A DNA stretch of 64,000 nt, from positions 192,001 to 256,000 of the forward strand of contig OZ244252.1 in assembly GCA_965217185.1 (NCBI GenBank), in the 5' to 3' direction. The notes beneath the pieces were generated by a model. It saw only the letters and a list, made by a program, of their open reading frames with translations, was not told where the DNA came from and did no database searches. The stretch comes from an uncultured Candidatus Entotheonella sp. Its GTDB lineage: Bacteria; Tectomicrobia; Entotheonellia; Entotheonellales; Entotheonellaceae. How positions within the stretch are numbered: position 1 is the stretch's first letter; every line of letters begins with the position of its first letter. The translations under genes were made by a program, and so were the position numbers. Below, one piece after another: positions 51,803 to 61,255 of this stretch.

Positions 51803-51848
51803 GGCCCTTGATGGGGCGCCTAGACTGAACTTCCAGGATTACGAAGTT

Positions 51849-52424
51849 CTATCGAGGTTGCCTATTGTGAGGGTTTCTTGCGGACGCTGGTCTGGGACTG
51901 CGTCTTTTCGAGGTTTTGCTCGAACCGAAGAGGAGCGACAACCCAAACTTCCACAACACTACCAAGCCGACGATTATGAGGACCAAGTGCTCAAATCGGG
52001 CGAGGAAGAAAACGCCGATTCGCGTTTTCTCGATTGCCAGAATGGCGGCAAAACTCAGACCAACCAGCAGCATGAGCCCTTCAATGCGCTTAAAGCCCGG
52101 AATGTCGTCAAATGCGAGGATGCGTGATGTAGCCCAGAGGGTCACCCCCATCGAGATGATCGGCAGGACGTGGAGGATGAGATGCAGCTCATGCAACAAA
52201 TTTGCGCGCAAAAAGAAGAGCATGTAGAGCACCAGGACCGCCATGCTGATTCCCGGAATCACGGCGAGGTGAACAACCAGGGCCAAAAAGCAGCCAGCAA
52301 GCCGGCGTGAAACCCACTTGAGAAGGGTGCCAAGGACGAAGGTTAGTATAGGCAGTCCCACCAAAAACCCACCGACACCCCTTTCGTATTGTTCGAGCCA
52401 TTGCAGCGCCTCGGTAATTGTCAT
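51849..52424 (-). CDS. hypothetical membrane protein
   Basis: About five hydrophobic segments; FDDIPGF..IEGL. Confidence 0.65.
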   Translation of the reverse strand: MTITEALQWLEQYERGVGGFLVGLPILTFVLGTLLKWVSRRLAGCFLALVVHLAVIPGISMAVLVLYMLFFLRANLLHELHLILHVLPIISMGVTLWATSRILAFDDIPGFKRIEGLMLLVGLSFAAILAIEKTRIGVFFLARFEHLVLIIVGLVVLWKFGLSLLFGSSKTSKRRSPRPASARNPHNRQPR

Positions 52425-52531
52425 CGATCTCTTTCTTGCGGTGTTGTGCTCAATTTCTTCGGCAATGATCTACGCGAGGTCTTTGGCTCGCATTTATGGC
52501 ACATTGAAGCGAGAGAACCGGCAAAGCGGCG

Positions 52532-52584
52532 GGTCAGTAGCTGCCATAGACGCCGAGCGAGGAGCGCAGGCGTTCCTGCATCGG
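52532..52584. repeat. left copy of a 53-bp direct repeat (3' end of the ThDP-enzyme gene)
   Basis: 52/53 identical to 59205-59257; both encode PMQERLRSSLGVYGSY*. Confidence 0.92.
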
Positions 52585-52977
52585 GGCGAAGCGCTGCATG
52601 GCCTCCAGGTCGGACAGGCCGGTGGCGGGGGCGGAGCGCGAAACCGGCGAGCGGCCCGCCCGCGTCAGGATGGCGCCCAGCACACGCCCGTCGAGGCGCG
52701 CCTGGAAACGGGCACCAACGCGTGCCAGCACCCGGGCGCGGGTATGGTCGAGCAGGCCCATCATGAGGAACAGGAAGGCGACGATGGCGGCGAGCGCCAC
52801 CAGCGTCGCCTCGGAGCGCGAGGTCAGCACCCGGTCATAGATCTGCAGCATGAACAACGGGCCGGTGAGCATCAGCAGATTCACGAAGGCGCTGAACAGC
52901 CCGATTGAGGCAAACAGCCGTCGGCTTTCGCGCAGGGCGGCGCGAATTTCGGCGGAGCCGTTCCGGCTCGTTGTCAT
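52534..52977 (-). pseudogene. N-terminal fragment of a PrtD/AprD-type type I secretion ABC transporter fused to the duplicated ThDP-gene tail
   Basis: GLFSAFVNLLMLTGPLFMLQIYDRVLTSRSEATL; no ATPase domain. Confidence 0.85.
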
Positions 52978-52993
52978 GGTTGTCTCCTCCCCG

Positions 52994-53257
52994 TTACGTC
53001 TCCATCGGCACGCCGCAGCCAGTGGACGGTGATAGCACGAACAGGAAGGCGACGATCAGCACCAGGGTCGCCTCCGAGCGCGAGGTCAGCACGCGGTCGG
53101 AGACCTGCAGCATGAATAGCGGGCCGGTCAGCATCAGGAGATTGACGAAAGCGCTGAACAGGCCGACGGAGAGAAACAGCCGCCGGCTCTCGCCCAGCGC
53201 CGCACGGATTTCGTGGGCGCCGGCGGTGTCCCGACCCCTGACCGACCGCATTGTCAC
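52994..53257 (-). pseudogene. second, shorter PrtD-type N-terminal fragment
   Basis: GLFSAFVNLLMLTGPLFMLQVSDRVLTSRSEATL, then breaks. Confidence 0.8.
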
Positions 53258-53334
53258 GGCCTGTCCGCTATCGGCCGGATCTCCGAAATGCTTCTCATCA
53301 GGGTGATCGAGGCGAAACGGAAGCAGCCGTCCGG

Positions 53335-56300
53335 TTAAATAGCGTCTATCAATTCCTCAACCGAAAGCGTGTAGGTACCAAGAGACCGACCGTGGGAATC
53401 GTCGGTGTGCATGTGTCCGCCGCTTGCCGCAACCAAGTAGTAGGTGCCGTCTTCGTCCGGCGTGAACGTCACGCGGCTATTGAGGCCCTCACCGCTATCC
53501 TGGTCGCTTGTCCACACATTTTGCGACCAACCACCGCTGTCATGAACAATGCGCAGCACGTCACCATTGGCATCGCGCATTGTATGAAGAAACGGATTTT
53601 CCAGCGTTCCGCCGTCCGTTTCCGATCCCTCCATGTCGATTTGGTAGGTCTTGCCTGCTTCGAGGGTAACGGCGAACCAGTCTTGGTCGCCTTGGGCCTC
53701 GATCTCGCCGGTAACGGAATCACCGACCGCGACCGTGCCGGTCGTGTCGGTATCGTCCCTGAAATCGTCAATCGACACTTGCAGCGTGTAGGTGCCGACA
53801 TCTTCCTCGCGGTCACCGCTCATAAAACTCCCGGCCGCTATGTAATAGGTGCCGTCCTCATCGGGTGTGAATAACACTTCGCTGTTGGAATGAGGGCCGC
53901 TTGCGTAATCGGTCGTGCCGTAAATGGAGCGACCGTCGCCATCATGGATTCCGCGAATGTAGGGATCTTGCAGCGTTCCACCTTTACCACGCCCTCCCAA
54001 GAGCTCGACCTTGTAGGTTTCTCCCGCCGTCAGCTCGACGGCAAACCAGTCGCGGTCGGTTTCATACTGCATTTCGCCCGTGGCGGTACCGCCGACCTCG
54101 ACCGTGCCAGTCGTGTCGACTGTCTGCGGAAAATCGTCCTCGATTTCCGTAACCCGCACGGTGTAAGTGCCGGTTGCGCCGCGGGATGGGTCGCCTACCG
54201 CCAGGTAGTAGGTGCCGACCTCGTCCGGCGTGAAAAATACTTGCTCATCCTCATAATGTTCGACCGGATGCGGACCCCATGCGAAACCTTGGATGGTTAT
54301 TGGGTCAGACACCCCTTGAAGCCAGTAGCCGTCGGTGTCGTATACACGGTACAGACGTCCGAACGGCAGCGTTCCACCGCCCGATATTGCTCCCCCAACG
54401 TCGATCTGGTACGTCTTGCCCGCCTCCAGCTCCACCGCGAACAAGTCGCTGTCGCTCTGATACTGGATTTCGCCGGTGGCGGAGCCGCCGACCTCGACCG
54501 TGCCAGTCGTCCCCCTCCTATCCCCCGAGAAATCGTCTTCCCACACCCTCACCTCATAGGTGCCCAAGCTGGTGTTATAGGCGCTGGCCGCCGCGATGTA
54601 GTATGTGCCGTCCGTCTCCGCGGTGAAGTGCACCCGGCTATTTTTGCCGCTGCCCGCGACGCGGTCGACCGTGCCGGGTATTTGGTTGCCCTCAGCATCG
54701 TAGATGCCGCTCAAATAGGGGCTGTACAAGGTGCCGTCATTCGTCGAACGGCCTTTCAGATCGATGTGGTAACCCTGGCCCGCTGCCAACTCGACCGCAA
54801 ACCAGTCGCCGTCGCCCTGATACTGGATTTCGCCGGTGGCGGTGCCGCCGATTTCGACAGTGCCAGTCGTGTCGACTGTCGACGGAAAATCGTCCTCCAT
54901 TTCCGTGACCCGCACGGTGTAAGTGCCGGTGCTGGTGAATTCGCCGTTGCTTGCCGCCACGTAGTAGGTGCCGTCCTCGTCCGGCGTGAAAAATACTTGG
55001 TCATCATCTACTCGGACACGTCCAACATGGACTGTTGATCGGTCATATACGCCGGGAATACGATTACCGTCGGCATCGTAAACACCGTGCAGGCGTCCGC
55101 TCGGCAGCGTTCCACCGCCCGTCCGGACCCCACCCGTGTCGATCTGGTACGTCTTGCCCGCCTCCAGCTCCACCGCGAACCAGTCGTGATCGTCCGCAGA
55201 CTCGATTTCGCCGGTGGCGGAGCCGCCGACCTCGACCGTGCCAGTCGTGTCGACTGTCGCCGGGAAATCGTCCTCGACTGTCGTCGGCAAATCGTCCCCG
55301 ATTGTCGCCGGCAAATCGTCCTCGATTGTTCTGGGCGTGTCCGTCACCTCGACCTCGTAGGTGCCTTGGCCGGAATAGGCCCCCGCCGCGATGTAGTGGG
55401 TGCCGCTCTCGGTTGCCGTGAAGGTCACCCGGCTGTTGTAGCCTTGGCCCCCGTCGTCGTTCGTCGTACGCGGAATGAGATTGCCGTCGGAATCGTGGAT
55501 GCCGCGCAGATAGGGATCGCTCAGCGTGCCGTCGTCCGTGGAGCTGCCTCTCAGATCGATGACGTAGGTCCGGCCCGCCACCAGCTCGACCGCAAACCAG
55601 TCGCGGTCGCCATTGCTCCCGATGTTGCCCGTGGCCGTGTCGCCGCCCGCCACCCGCCCGCTCGTGGAGGTGCCCGCCGAGAAGTCCTCTCCGGCAGGTT
55701 CCGATACCGTCTGCGGCGTACTCTGATCCGGTTGCGCAACAGGCGGATCGACCTCCACCGGGTCATCCACGTCCGTGACATTGACGGCCACGGTGGTGTC
55801 GGTCGTCTGATCCCCGTCACTCGCCCGGACAGTCAGCTCGAAGCGGGTGAAACCGGTCTCGTAGTCCTCGCCCCCGCCCGTGTAGAACAGCTCGCCGCCG
55901 GCCGCGTCGATCTCGAACAGCCCCGCCGCGTTGCCGCCCTCGATGCTATAGGTCACCGACCCGCCGTCCGGATCCGTCGCCGAGACCGTGCCCAGCGATA
56001 TCCGGTTCGCGCTGCCGTCCGTGTTCTCCGCCAGATCGAAGCCGTAGCCCGCCTGCCCAAACGCCGGTGCTTCCGCCACGTCGGTGACGCTGACGGTCGC
56101 GGTGGTGTCGGTCGTCTGATCCCCGTCGCTCGCCCGGACAGTCAGCTCGAAGCTGGTCGAACCGGTCTCGTAGTCCTCGCCCCCGCCCGTGTAGAACAGC
56201 TCGCCGCTGGCCGCATCGATCTCGAACAGCCCCGCCGCGTTGCCGCCCTCGATGCTGTAGGTCACCGACCCGCCGTCCGGATCCGTTGCCGAGACCGTGC

Positions 56301-58338
56301 CCAGTGATATCCGGTTCGTGCTGCCGTCCGCGTTCTCCGCCAGATCGAAGCCGTAGCCCGCCTGCCCAAACGCCGGTGCTTCCGCCACGTCGGTGACGCT
56401 GACGGTCGCGGTGGTGTCGGTCGTCTGATCCCCGTCGCTCGCCCGGACAGTCAGCTCGAAGCTGGTCGAACCGGTCTCGTAGTCCTCGCCCCCGCCCGTG
56501 TAGAACAGCTCGCCGCTGGCCGCATCGATCTCGAACAGCCCCGCCGCGTTGCCGCCCTCGATGCTGTAGGTCACCGACCCGCCGTCCGGATCCGTTGCCG
56601 AGACCGTGCCCAGCGATATCCGGTCCGCGCTGCCGTCCGTGTTCTCCGGGAGTTCGAAACCGTAGAACTGAGAGCCGAATGCCGGTGGCTGCTGCTGAAC
56701 CTGCTCCTGCGGGTCCGGCGGCTCCTCGGAATCCGGGTCCGGCGCCACGATCGGCGGCGAGGTGTCCGTCACCTCGACCTCGTAGGTGCCCTGGCCGGAA
56801 AAGACCCCCGCCGCGCCCGCCGCGATGTAGTGGGTGCCGCTCTCGGTTGCCGTGAAGGTCACCCGGCTGTTGTAGCCTTGGCCCCCGTCGTCGTTCGTCG
56901 TACGCGGAATGAGATTGCCGTCGGAATCGTGGATGCCGCCCAGATAGGGATCGCTCAGCGTGCCGTCGTCCGTGCGGCTGCCTCTCAGATCGATGACGTA
57001 GGTCCGCCCCGCCACCAGCTCGACCGCAAACCAGTCGCGGTCGCCATTGCTCCCGATGTTGCCCGTGGCCGTGTCGCCGACCGCCACCCGCCCGCTCGTG
57101 GAGGCGCCCGCCGAGAAGTCCTCGCCGGAAGGCTCGGATACCGTCTGCGGCGTACTCTGATCCGGTTGCGCAACAGGCGGATTGCCCTCCACCGGCTCAT
57201 CCACGTCGGTGACGTTGACGGTCGCGGTGGTATCGGTCGTCTGATCCCCGTCGCTCGCCCGGACGGTCAGCTCGAAGCTGGTGGAACCGGTCTCGTAGTC
57301 CTCGCCCCCGCCCGTGTAGAACAACTCGCCGCTGGCCGCGTCGATCTCGAACAGCCCTGCCGCGTTGCCGCCCTCGATGCTGTAGGTCAGCGTGTCGCCT
57401 TCCGGGTCTACCGCCGAGACCGTGCCCAGCGATATCCGGTTCGCGCTGCCGTCCGTGTTCTCCGGGAGGTCGAAACCGTAGAACTGAGAGCCGAATGCCG
57501 GTGGCTGCTGCTGAACCTGCTCCTGCACCGATTCCTGCTCCGCCTCCAGCCGCGTCACTTCGGCCGGGTCCGCGTCGCCCACGCCGTAGCGGAACACATA
57601 GGCGTTCGCACCCGCCTCCTGCGCCTCCACCCGTACGTAGTACGTCCCCGCCAGCAGCGTCTCGCGCAGCCACTCGTTGGTCGTGCCGGAACGCTCGCTG
57701 CTGTGCAGCACGTTGCCGGCCGCGTCCTCCAGCACCAGGTCCGCATCGGCGTCCTGGCGCCGAAGCCCAAGCGCCACCTCGCGCGCCTCGCTCAGCGTGA
57801 ACCGGTACCAGGCCACCGTATCGCCGCCGCCGTCCAGCGTGCCCAGCGGAAACCGCGGCGCCGCCAACTCCGTGATGTCCCCGAGGTCCTCGGCCGCCGC
57901 ACGCGCCGGCTCCTCCGATGCGACCGTTTCCGCAGGCGGCTCGACCGGTGGCGGGTCCTCCACCGGCCCCGGCGTCACGTCCGACACCCTCAGCGTGTAG
58001 CTCCCCGTCTCGTCGCGGTCCCCCGACGCACGCACGTAGTACGTCCCGCTCTGCGACGCGGTGAACGTCACCCGGCTGTCGCGGCTGCCGCCGAAGTCGT
58101 CGTTGTAGCTGTCCGACTGGTAGCGCCCCTCGCTGTCGTAGATGGCTCGCAGGAAGGTGTCGCTGAGCGTCCCGCCGCCGCTCGGGCTGCCTCCGAGGTC
58201 AAACTGGTAGGTCCGCCCCGCCTCCAGCTCCACCGCGAACCAGTCCTGGTCATAGGCCGTCTCGATGACGCCGGTGGCCGAGCCGCCCACCGCGACAGCG
58301 CCCGTGGTCTGTACGTTGGCTGAATAGTCGTCAGACAT
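53335..58338 (-). CDS. 1667-aa acidic repeat protein with ~9 PPC-like and 4 cadherin-like domains (putative adhesin/T1SS substrate)
   Basis: Repeated DxDWFAVEL.AG.TY.IDL.G...FT....GTYY units and PAF...EN...SATDPDG...LFEID...LTVRASDG...VxVTDV units; RBS AGGAG; no Sec signal. Confidence 0.88.
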   Translation of the reverse strand: MSDDYSANVQTTGAVAVGGSATGVIETAYDQDWFAVELEAGRTYQFDLGGSPSGGGTLSDTFLRAIYDSEGRYQSDSYNDDFGGSRDSRVTFTASQSGTYYVRASGDRDETGSYTLRVSDVTPGPVEDPPPVEPPAETVASEEPARAAAEDLGDITELAAPRFPLGTLDGGGDTVAWYRFTLSEAREVALGLRRQDADADLVLEDAAGNVLHSSERSGTTNEWLRETLLAGTYYVRVEAQEAGANAYVFRYGVGDADPAEVTRLEAEQESVQEQVQQQPPAFGSQFYGFDLPENTDGSANRISLGTVSAVDPEGDTLTYSIEGGNAAGLFEIDAASGELFYTGGGEDYETGSTSFELTVRASDGDQTTDTTATVNVTDVDEPVEGNPPVAQPDQSTPQTVSEPSGEDFSAGASTSGRVAVGDTATGNIGSNGDRDWFAVELVAGRTYVIDLRGSRTDDGTLSDPYLGGIHDSDGNLIPRTTNDDGGQGYNSRVTFTATESGTHYIAAGAAGVFSGQGTYEVEVTDTSPPIVAPDPDSEEPPDPQEQVQQQPPAFGSQFYGFELPENTDGSADRISLGTVSATDPDGGSVTYSIEGGNAAGLFEIDAASGELFYTGGGEDYETGSTSFELTVRASDGDQTTDTTATVSVTDVAEAPAFGQAGYGFDLAENADGSTNRISLGTVSATDPDGGSVTYSIEGGNAAGLFEIDAASGELFYTGGGEDYETGSTSFELTVRASDGDQTTDTTATVSVTDVAEAPAFGQAGYGFDLAENTDGSANRISLGTVSATDPDGGSVTYSIEGGNAAGLFEIDAAGGELFYTGGGEDYETGFTRFELTVRASDGDQTTDTTVAVNVTDVDDPVEVDPPVAQPDQSTPQTVSEPAGEDFSAGTSTSGRVAGGDTATGNIGSNGDRDWFAVELVAGRTYVIDLRGSSTDDGTLSDPYLRGIHDSDGNLIPRTTNDDGGQGYNSRVTFTATESGTHYIAAGAYSGQGTYEVEVTDTPRTIEDDLPATIGDDLPTTVEDDFPATVDTTGTVEVGGSATGEIESADDHDWFAVELEAGKTYQIDTGGVRTGGGTLPSGRLHGVYDADGNRIPGVYDRSTVHVGRVRVDDDQVFFTPDEDGTYYVAASNGEFTSTGTYTVRVTEMEDDFPSTVDTTGTVEIGGTATGEIQYQGDGDWFAVELAAGQGYHIDLKGRSTNDGTLYSPYLSGIYDAEGNQIPGTVDRVAGSGKNSRVHFTAETDGTYYIAAASAYNTSLGTYEVRVWEDDFSGDRRGTTGTVEVGGSATGEIQYQSDSDLFAVELEAGKTYQIDVGGAISGGGTLPFGRLYRVYDTDGYWLQGVSDPITIQGFAWGPHPVEHYEDEQVFFTPDEVGTYYLAVGDPSRGATGTYTVRVTEIEDDFPQTVDTTGTVEVGGTATGEMQYETDRDWFAVELTAGETYKVELLGGRGKGGTLQDPYIRGIHDGDGRSIYGTTDYASGPHSNSEVLFTPDEDGTYYIAAGSFMSGDREEDVGTYTLQVSIDDFRDDTDTTGTVAVGDSVTGEIEAQGDQDWFAVTLEAGKTYQIDMEGSETDGGTLENPFLHTMRDANGDVLRIVHDSGGWSQNVWTSDQDSGEGLNSRVTFTPDEDGTYYLVAASGGHMHTDDSHGRSLGTYTLSVEELIDAI
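55760..56686 (-). repeat. three tandem 309-bp cadherin-like units
   Basis: Equivalent positions at 56041, 56350 and 56659. Confidence 0.88.
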
Positions 58339-58879
58339 GATGAAGCTCCTTTGCGGGCGTTTACAGGTGTTGTTCGGTTGTTGCCGGCTCGCTCCGGCAG
58401 TGCATGCGCATGCCGCTTGCCCTCACGTCGCCCGAGCGCGTGTAGCTACGGTTCTTGCCCGCCGTGAAGACGTGTGATGCAAGGCGGGTGGTTGTCGTCC
58501 CGCGCCCGAGGCGCAGTCATGGCTTCGGGGCTCGGCCAAGGCCAACGCCTTCAGCCGTCAACCCAAAACCTTCAAACCACGTCGCACCAATCGAACTCAT
58601 TACCCTGCTTCCCTCCCGAGTTGCGTTTTCCAACCCCGGCGCGGCGGCCGTAGCCAAGCCGCCACCGGACGGGAGGAGACTGTAACATAAGCCAGCCAAA
58701 GTCCTTGCATACAAAAAATTATGGTCTATGACATATATACATTTTGTCTGAAAATGTCTCTCCCGATGCCTCATGACACCCCATCGCACCGAGTTGCAGG
58801 CATGAAACCGCGTCTCGCCGCGCCACTTACTCGCTGGAACCTAAGGCTTGCGGCACGGAGAGTGCACTGTGCGCCAAGG

Positions 58880-59182
58880 GACGACATAGTGGAGGTTGAC
58901 TTCAAGACCACCAACGAAGGAACAGCCACCGAGGGGGTGGACTTTCGGAAACTGCGGTACACGCTGTTCTTCTTTCCCGGGGAGACCACGTGCGGGATGA
59001 CCGTCTGGTTGGTCAACGATTCGCTCAATGACGATGGGGAGACGATGATCGTCAGGCTCACCGGGGCGCGGTTGCCGCATCCGCGGAGCGGAGACGTGAA
59101 GGGACCGGTCGACCTTTCAGACGACGCGGATCAGGGAGAGGCGCGATCCAGAAGTTATCCGCCAACTCAAAGGCACGAGTGA
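58880..59182 (+). pseudogene. isolated Calx-beta-like domain fragment
   Basis: VEVDFKTTNEGTATEGVDF...TLFFFPGET...VNDSLNDDGETMIVRL. Confidence 0.6.
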
Positions 59183-59206
59183 GGCGAGAGTCTGGCAGCG
59201 CGGCGG

Positions 59207-60925
59207 TCAGTAGCTGCCGTAGACGCCGAGCGAGGAGCGCAGGCGTTCCTGCATCGGTTCGGAAGGATCGATGGTGACGTCGACGACTGCCGGCTTCTGG
59301 CCGCTCAGGGCCTCGCGCACGGCGGGTTGGATGTCGTCCGGCTGTCCCACCTTGAGACCCACGCAGCCGTAGCCCTGCGCGACCGCCGCCCAGTCGGTGC
59401 GCACGAACTCCGAGGCGACCGGCTGGTCTCCCTGCCCCTGGCGCACCATGCCCAATTGGGCGTCGTTCATCACCACATAGGTCACCGGCGCGTCATATTG
59501 CAAGGCGGTGCTCAGCACGTGATTCTGCATGGCGAAGCCGTCGCTGCATACCGACACGCATTGACGGTCCGGGTGGAGCAGCTTGGCCGTCAGTGCCGCA
59601 GGGAGCGACCAGCTCATGCCGGCGATGCCGTAGGTGCCGAAGTAGTTGCCGGCCTGCTGGGTTTGAAAGTAGCGCAGCATCCACACCCGGTTGTTACCGG
59701 CGTCGGCACACACGATGGCGTCGGGGTCCAGGGTTTCGGACAACTCCCTGGCCAGCCGTTGCGGGAGGATGGGCACGGCGCCCGAGGCGCTGTAGGTGTC
59801 GTCGAAGTAGTGGAGGGTTTGTTTGTCGGCTTGCAGTTGGGCAAAGCGCGGCAGGTCGGTATAGGCGGGGCGTTTGTCGGCGCCGTCGGCCAGGGCTTCG
59901 TTGAGTTGGGCGAGGGTGGCCTTGGCGTCGCCGATCAGGCCGAGGTCGATGGGGAAGACCCAGCCGGCGTTGCGCGGCTCGACGTCGAGCTGGATCAGCG
60001 TTTGGCGGTGGGGATCGATCAGGTGCGGACTCTCTGTAATCGTGTCCGGGCCCTTTAACCGGCAGCCGACGATGAGCACGAGGTCGGCCTCGCTGACGAC
60101 CTTGTTGGCCACCGGCGAGCCGAAAATGCCCATGCCGCCGAGCGCCAGCGGGTGGACTTCTGCAAACACCCCTTTGCCTAGCGTGCTGGTGGCGACGGGG
60201 ATGCCGAGAGCCTCAGCCAGGGTTTGCAGTTCGGCGTAAGCCTTGGAAGCGTGCACGCCGTTGCCGGCCACAATCACGGGTCGTTCGGCAGCCAGCAGGC
60301 GCTCAATGGCGCGCTCAATGTCGCTGGGGTGCGGAATCGTCGAGGCATTCTGCATGTAACCCCGCGTGTCGTAAATGCGCGGGAACGTATCGTCCGTGAT
60401 CTCGCCGCGCAGCGACTCGATGGCCAGCACCGCGGCCGTCGGACCCGGGCGTCCGGTGACCGCGTGCTTGATGGCGCGTTGCACCGCCTGCACGCCCTCG
60501 CCGGGGCTGTGCGCGACCGCGGTGAATTTGCAGGTTGCCTTGAAAATCGCCGCGATGTCGAAATTGCCGTATTCCCCGCCGCCGCATTGCAGGGAGCCGT
60601 GGCCGGGCGGCACGCCGTACGTGGTGATGTCGGTAATCACCAGCATCGGCGAGCTGCCGAGCCCTGCTTCGATGACGCCGAACAGCCCGGTGGAGGCGGC
60701 GTAGCAGCCCTGCGCCATGAACACCCCCGGCTTGCCGGTCAGGCGGCCATACATGTCGGCCATGCACGCCGCCGTTTGCTCGTCGCGTGCCAGCACCACC
60801 CTTATTTTGTCCTGCTTGCCGTACAGCGCCTTGAATATCTGACCGGTGTCGCCGCCAGGAAGCCCGAAGACGTGATCGATGCCTGCTTCTTCGAGAACGT
60901 TGACAATTTTATCAACGGTGCGCAT
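59207..60925 (-). CDS. thiamine-diphosphate-dependent enzyme (acetolactate synthase-like)
   Basis: VFGLPGG, ARDEQTA, GRPGP, DAGNN, SDGF...ND..LGMV. Confidence 0.88.
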   Translation of the reverse strand: MRTVDKIVNVLEEAGIDHVFGLPGGDTGQIFKALYGKQDKIRVVLARDEQTAACMADMYGRLTGKPGVFMAQGCYAASTGLFGVIEAGLGSSPMLVITDITTYGVPPGHGSLQCGGGEYGNFDIAAIFKATCKFTAVAHSPGEGVQAVQRAIKHAVTGRPGPTAAVLAIESLRGEITDDTFPRIYDTRGYMQNASTIPHPSDIERAIERLLAAERPVIVAGNGVHASKAYAELQTLAEALGIPVATSTLGKGVFAEVHPLALGGMGIFGSPVANKVVSEADLVLIVGCRLKGPDTITESPHLIDPHRQTLIQLDVEPRNAGWVFPIDLGLIGDAKATLAQLNEALADGADKRPAYTDLPRFAQLQADKQTLHYFDDTYSASGAVPILPQRLARELSETLDPDAIVCADAGNNRVWMLRYFQTQQAGNYFGTYGIAGMSWSLPAALTAKLLHPDRQCVSVCSDGFAMQNHVLSTALQYDAPVTYVVMNDAQLGMVRQGQGDQPVASEFVRTDWAAVAQGYGCVGLKVGQPDDIQPAVREALSGQKPAVVDVTIDPSEPMQERLRSSLGVYGSY

Positions 60926-60963
60926 GCCGAGGTTTCCTCACATGAGTTGGGGTCCGGAACCGT

Positions 60964-61197
60964 TTTTGCACAAAAATCAGGGATTTCCGGGGGGGCGGAT
61001 GCCTTCCTGTGGATAAACGCGACAGTCGTTTGTCGCATTTTGCAGCAGTTCCCTGCTTACAAAATTGTGCAAATCCATAAGTTACGAAATATCATATACT
61101 TATGGAATTGACCTAAAGATGGGCATTTTGCTCTAGAACCGCAAAATAGCGTCATTTAGCCGCCCTGCGAGTTTCTCTTTTCCCCATCTTTTCCACA
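60964..61197. promoter_or_regulatory. AT-rich intergenic region with a cluster of DnaA-box-like 9-mers
   Basis: TTTTGCACA 60964, TGTGGATAA 61008, TGTGCAAAT 61066, TTTTCCACA 61189; inverted repeat TCCATAAGT...ACTTATGGA. Confidence 0.5.
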
Positions 61198-61255
61198 AAC
61201 CCTGTTAACAACTCCGTTAACCCATTCAATTGCCGATTTTTGCCGCCTTTCGGAC

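Larger units (their letters stand above)
52585..59204. mobile_element. integrase-less genomic island II (adhesin-like cargo)
   Basis: Bounded by the 53-bp direct repeat; contains gene fragments and a giant repeat protein. Confidence 0.7.

Noticed and set aside
52534..52977. Functional novel PrtD-ThDP fusion protein
   Set aside because: The shared tail is explained by the junction repeat, and the fragment lacks most TM helices and the ATPase domain
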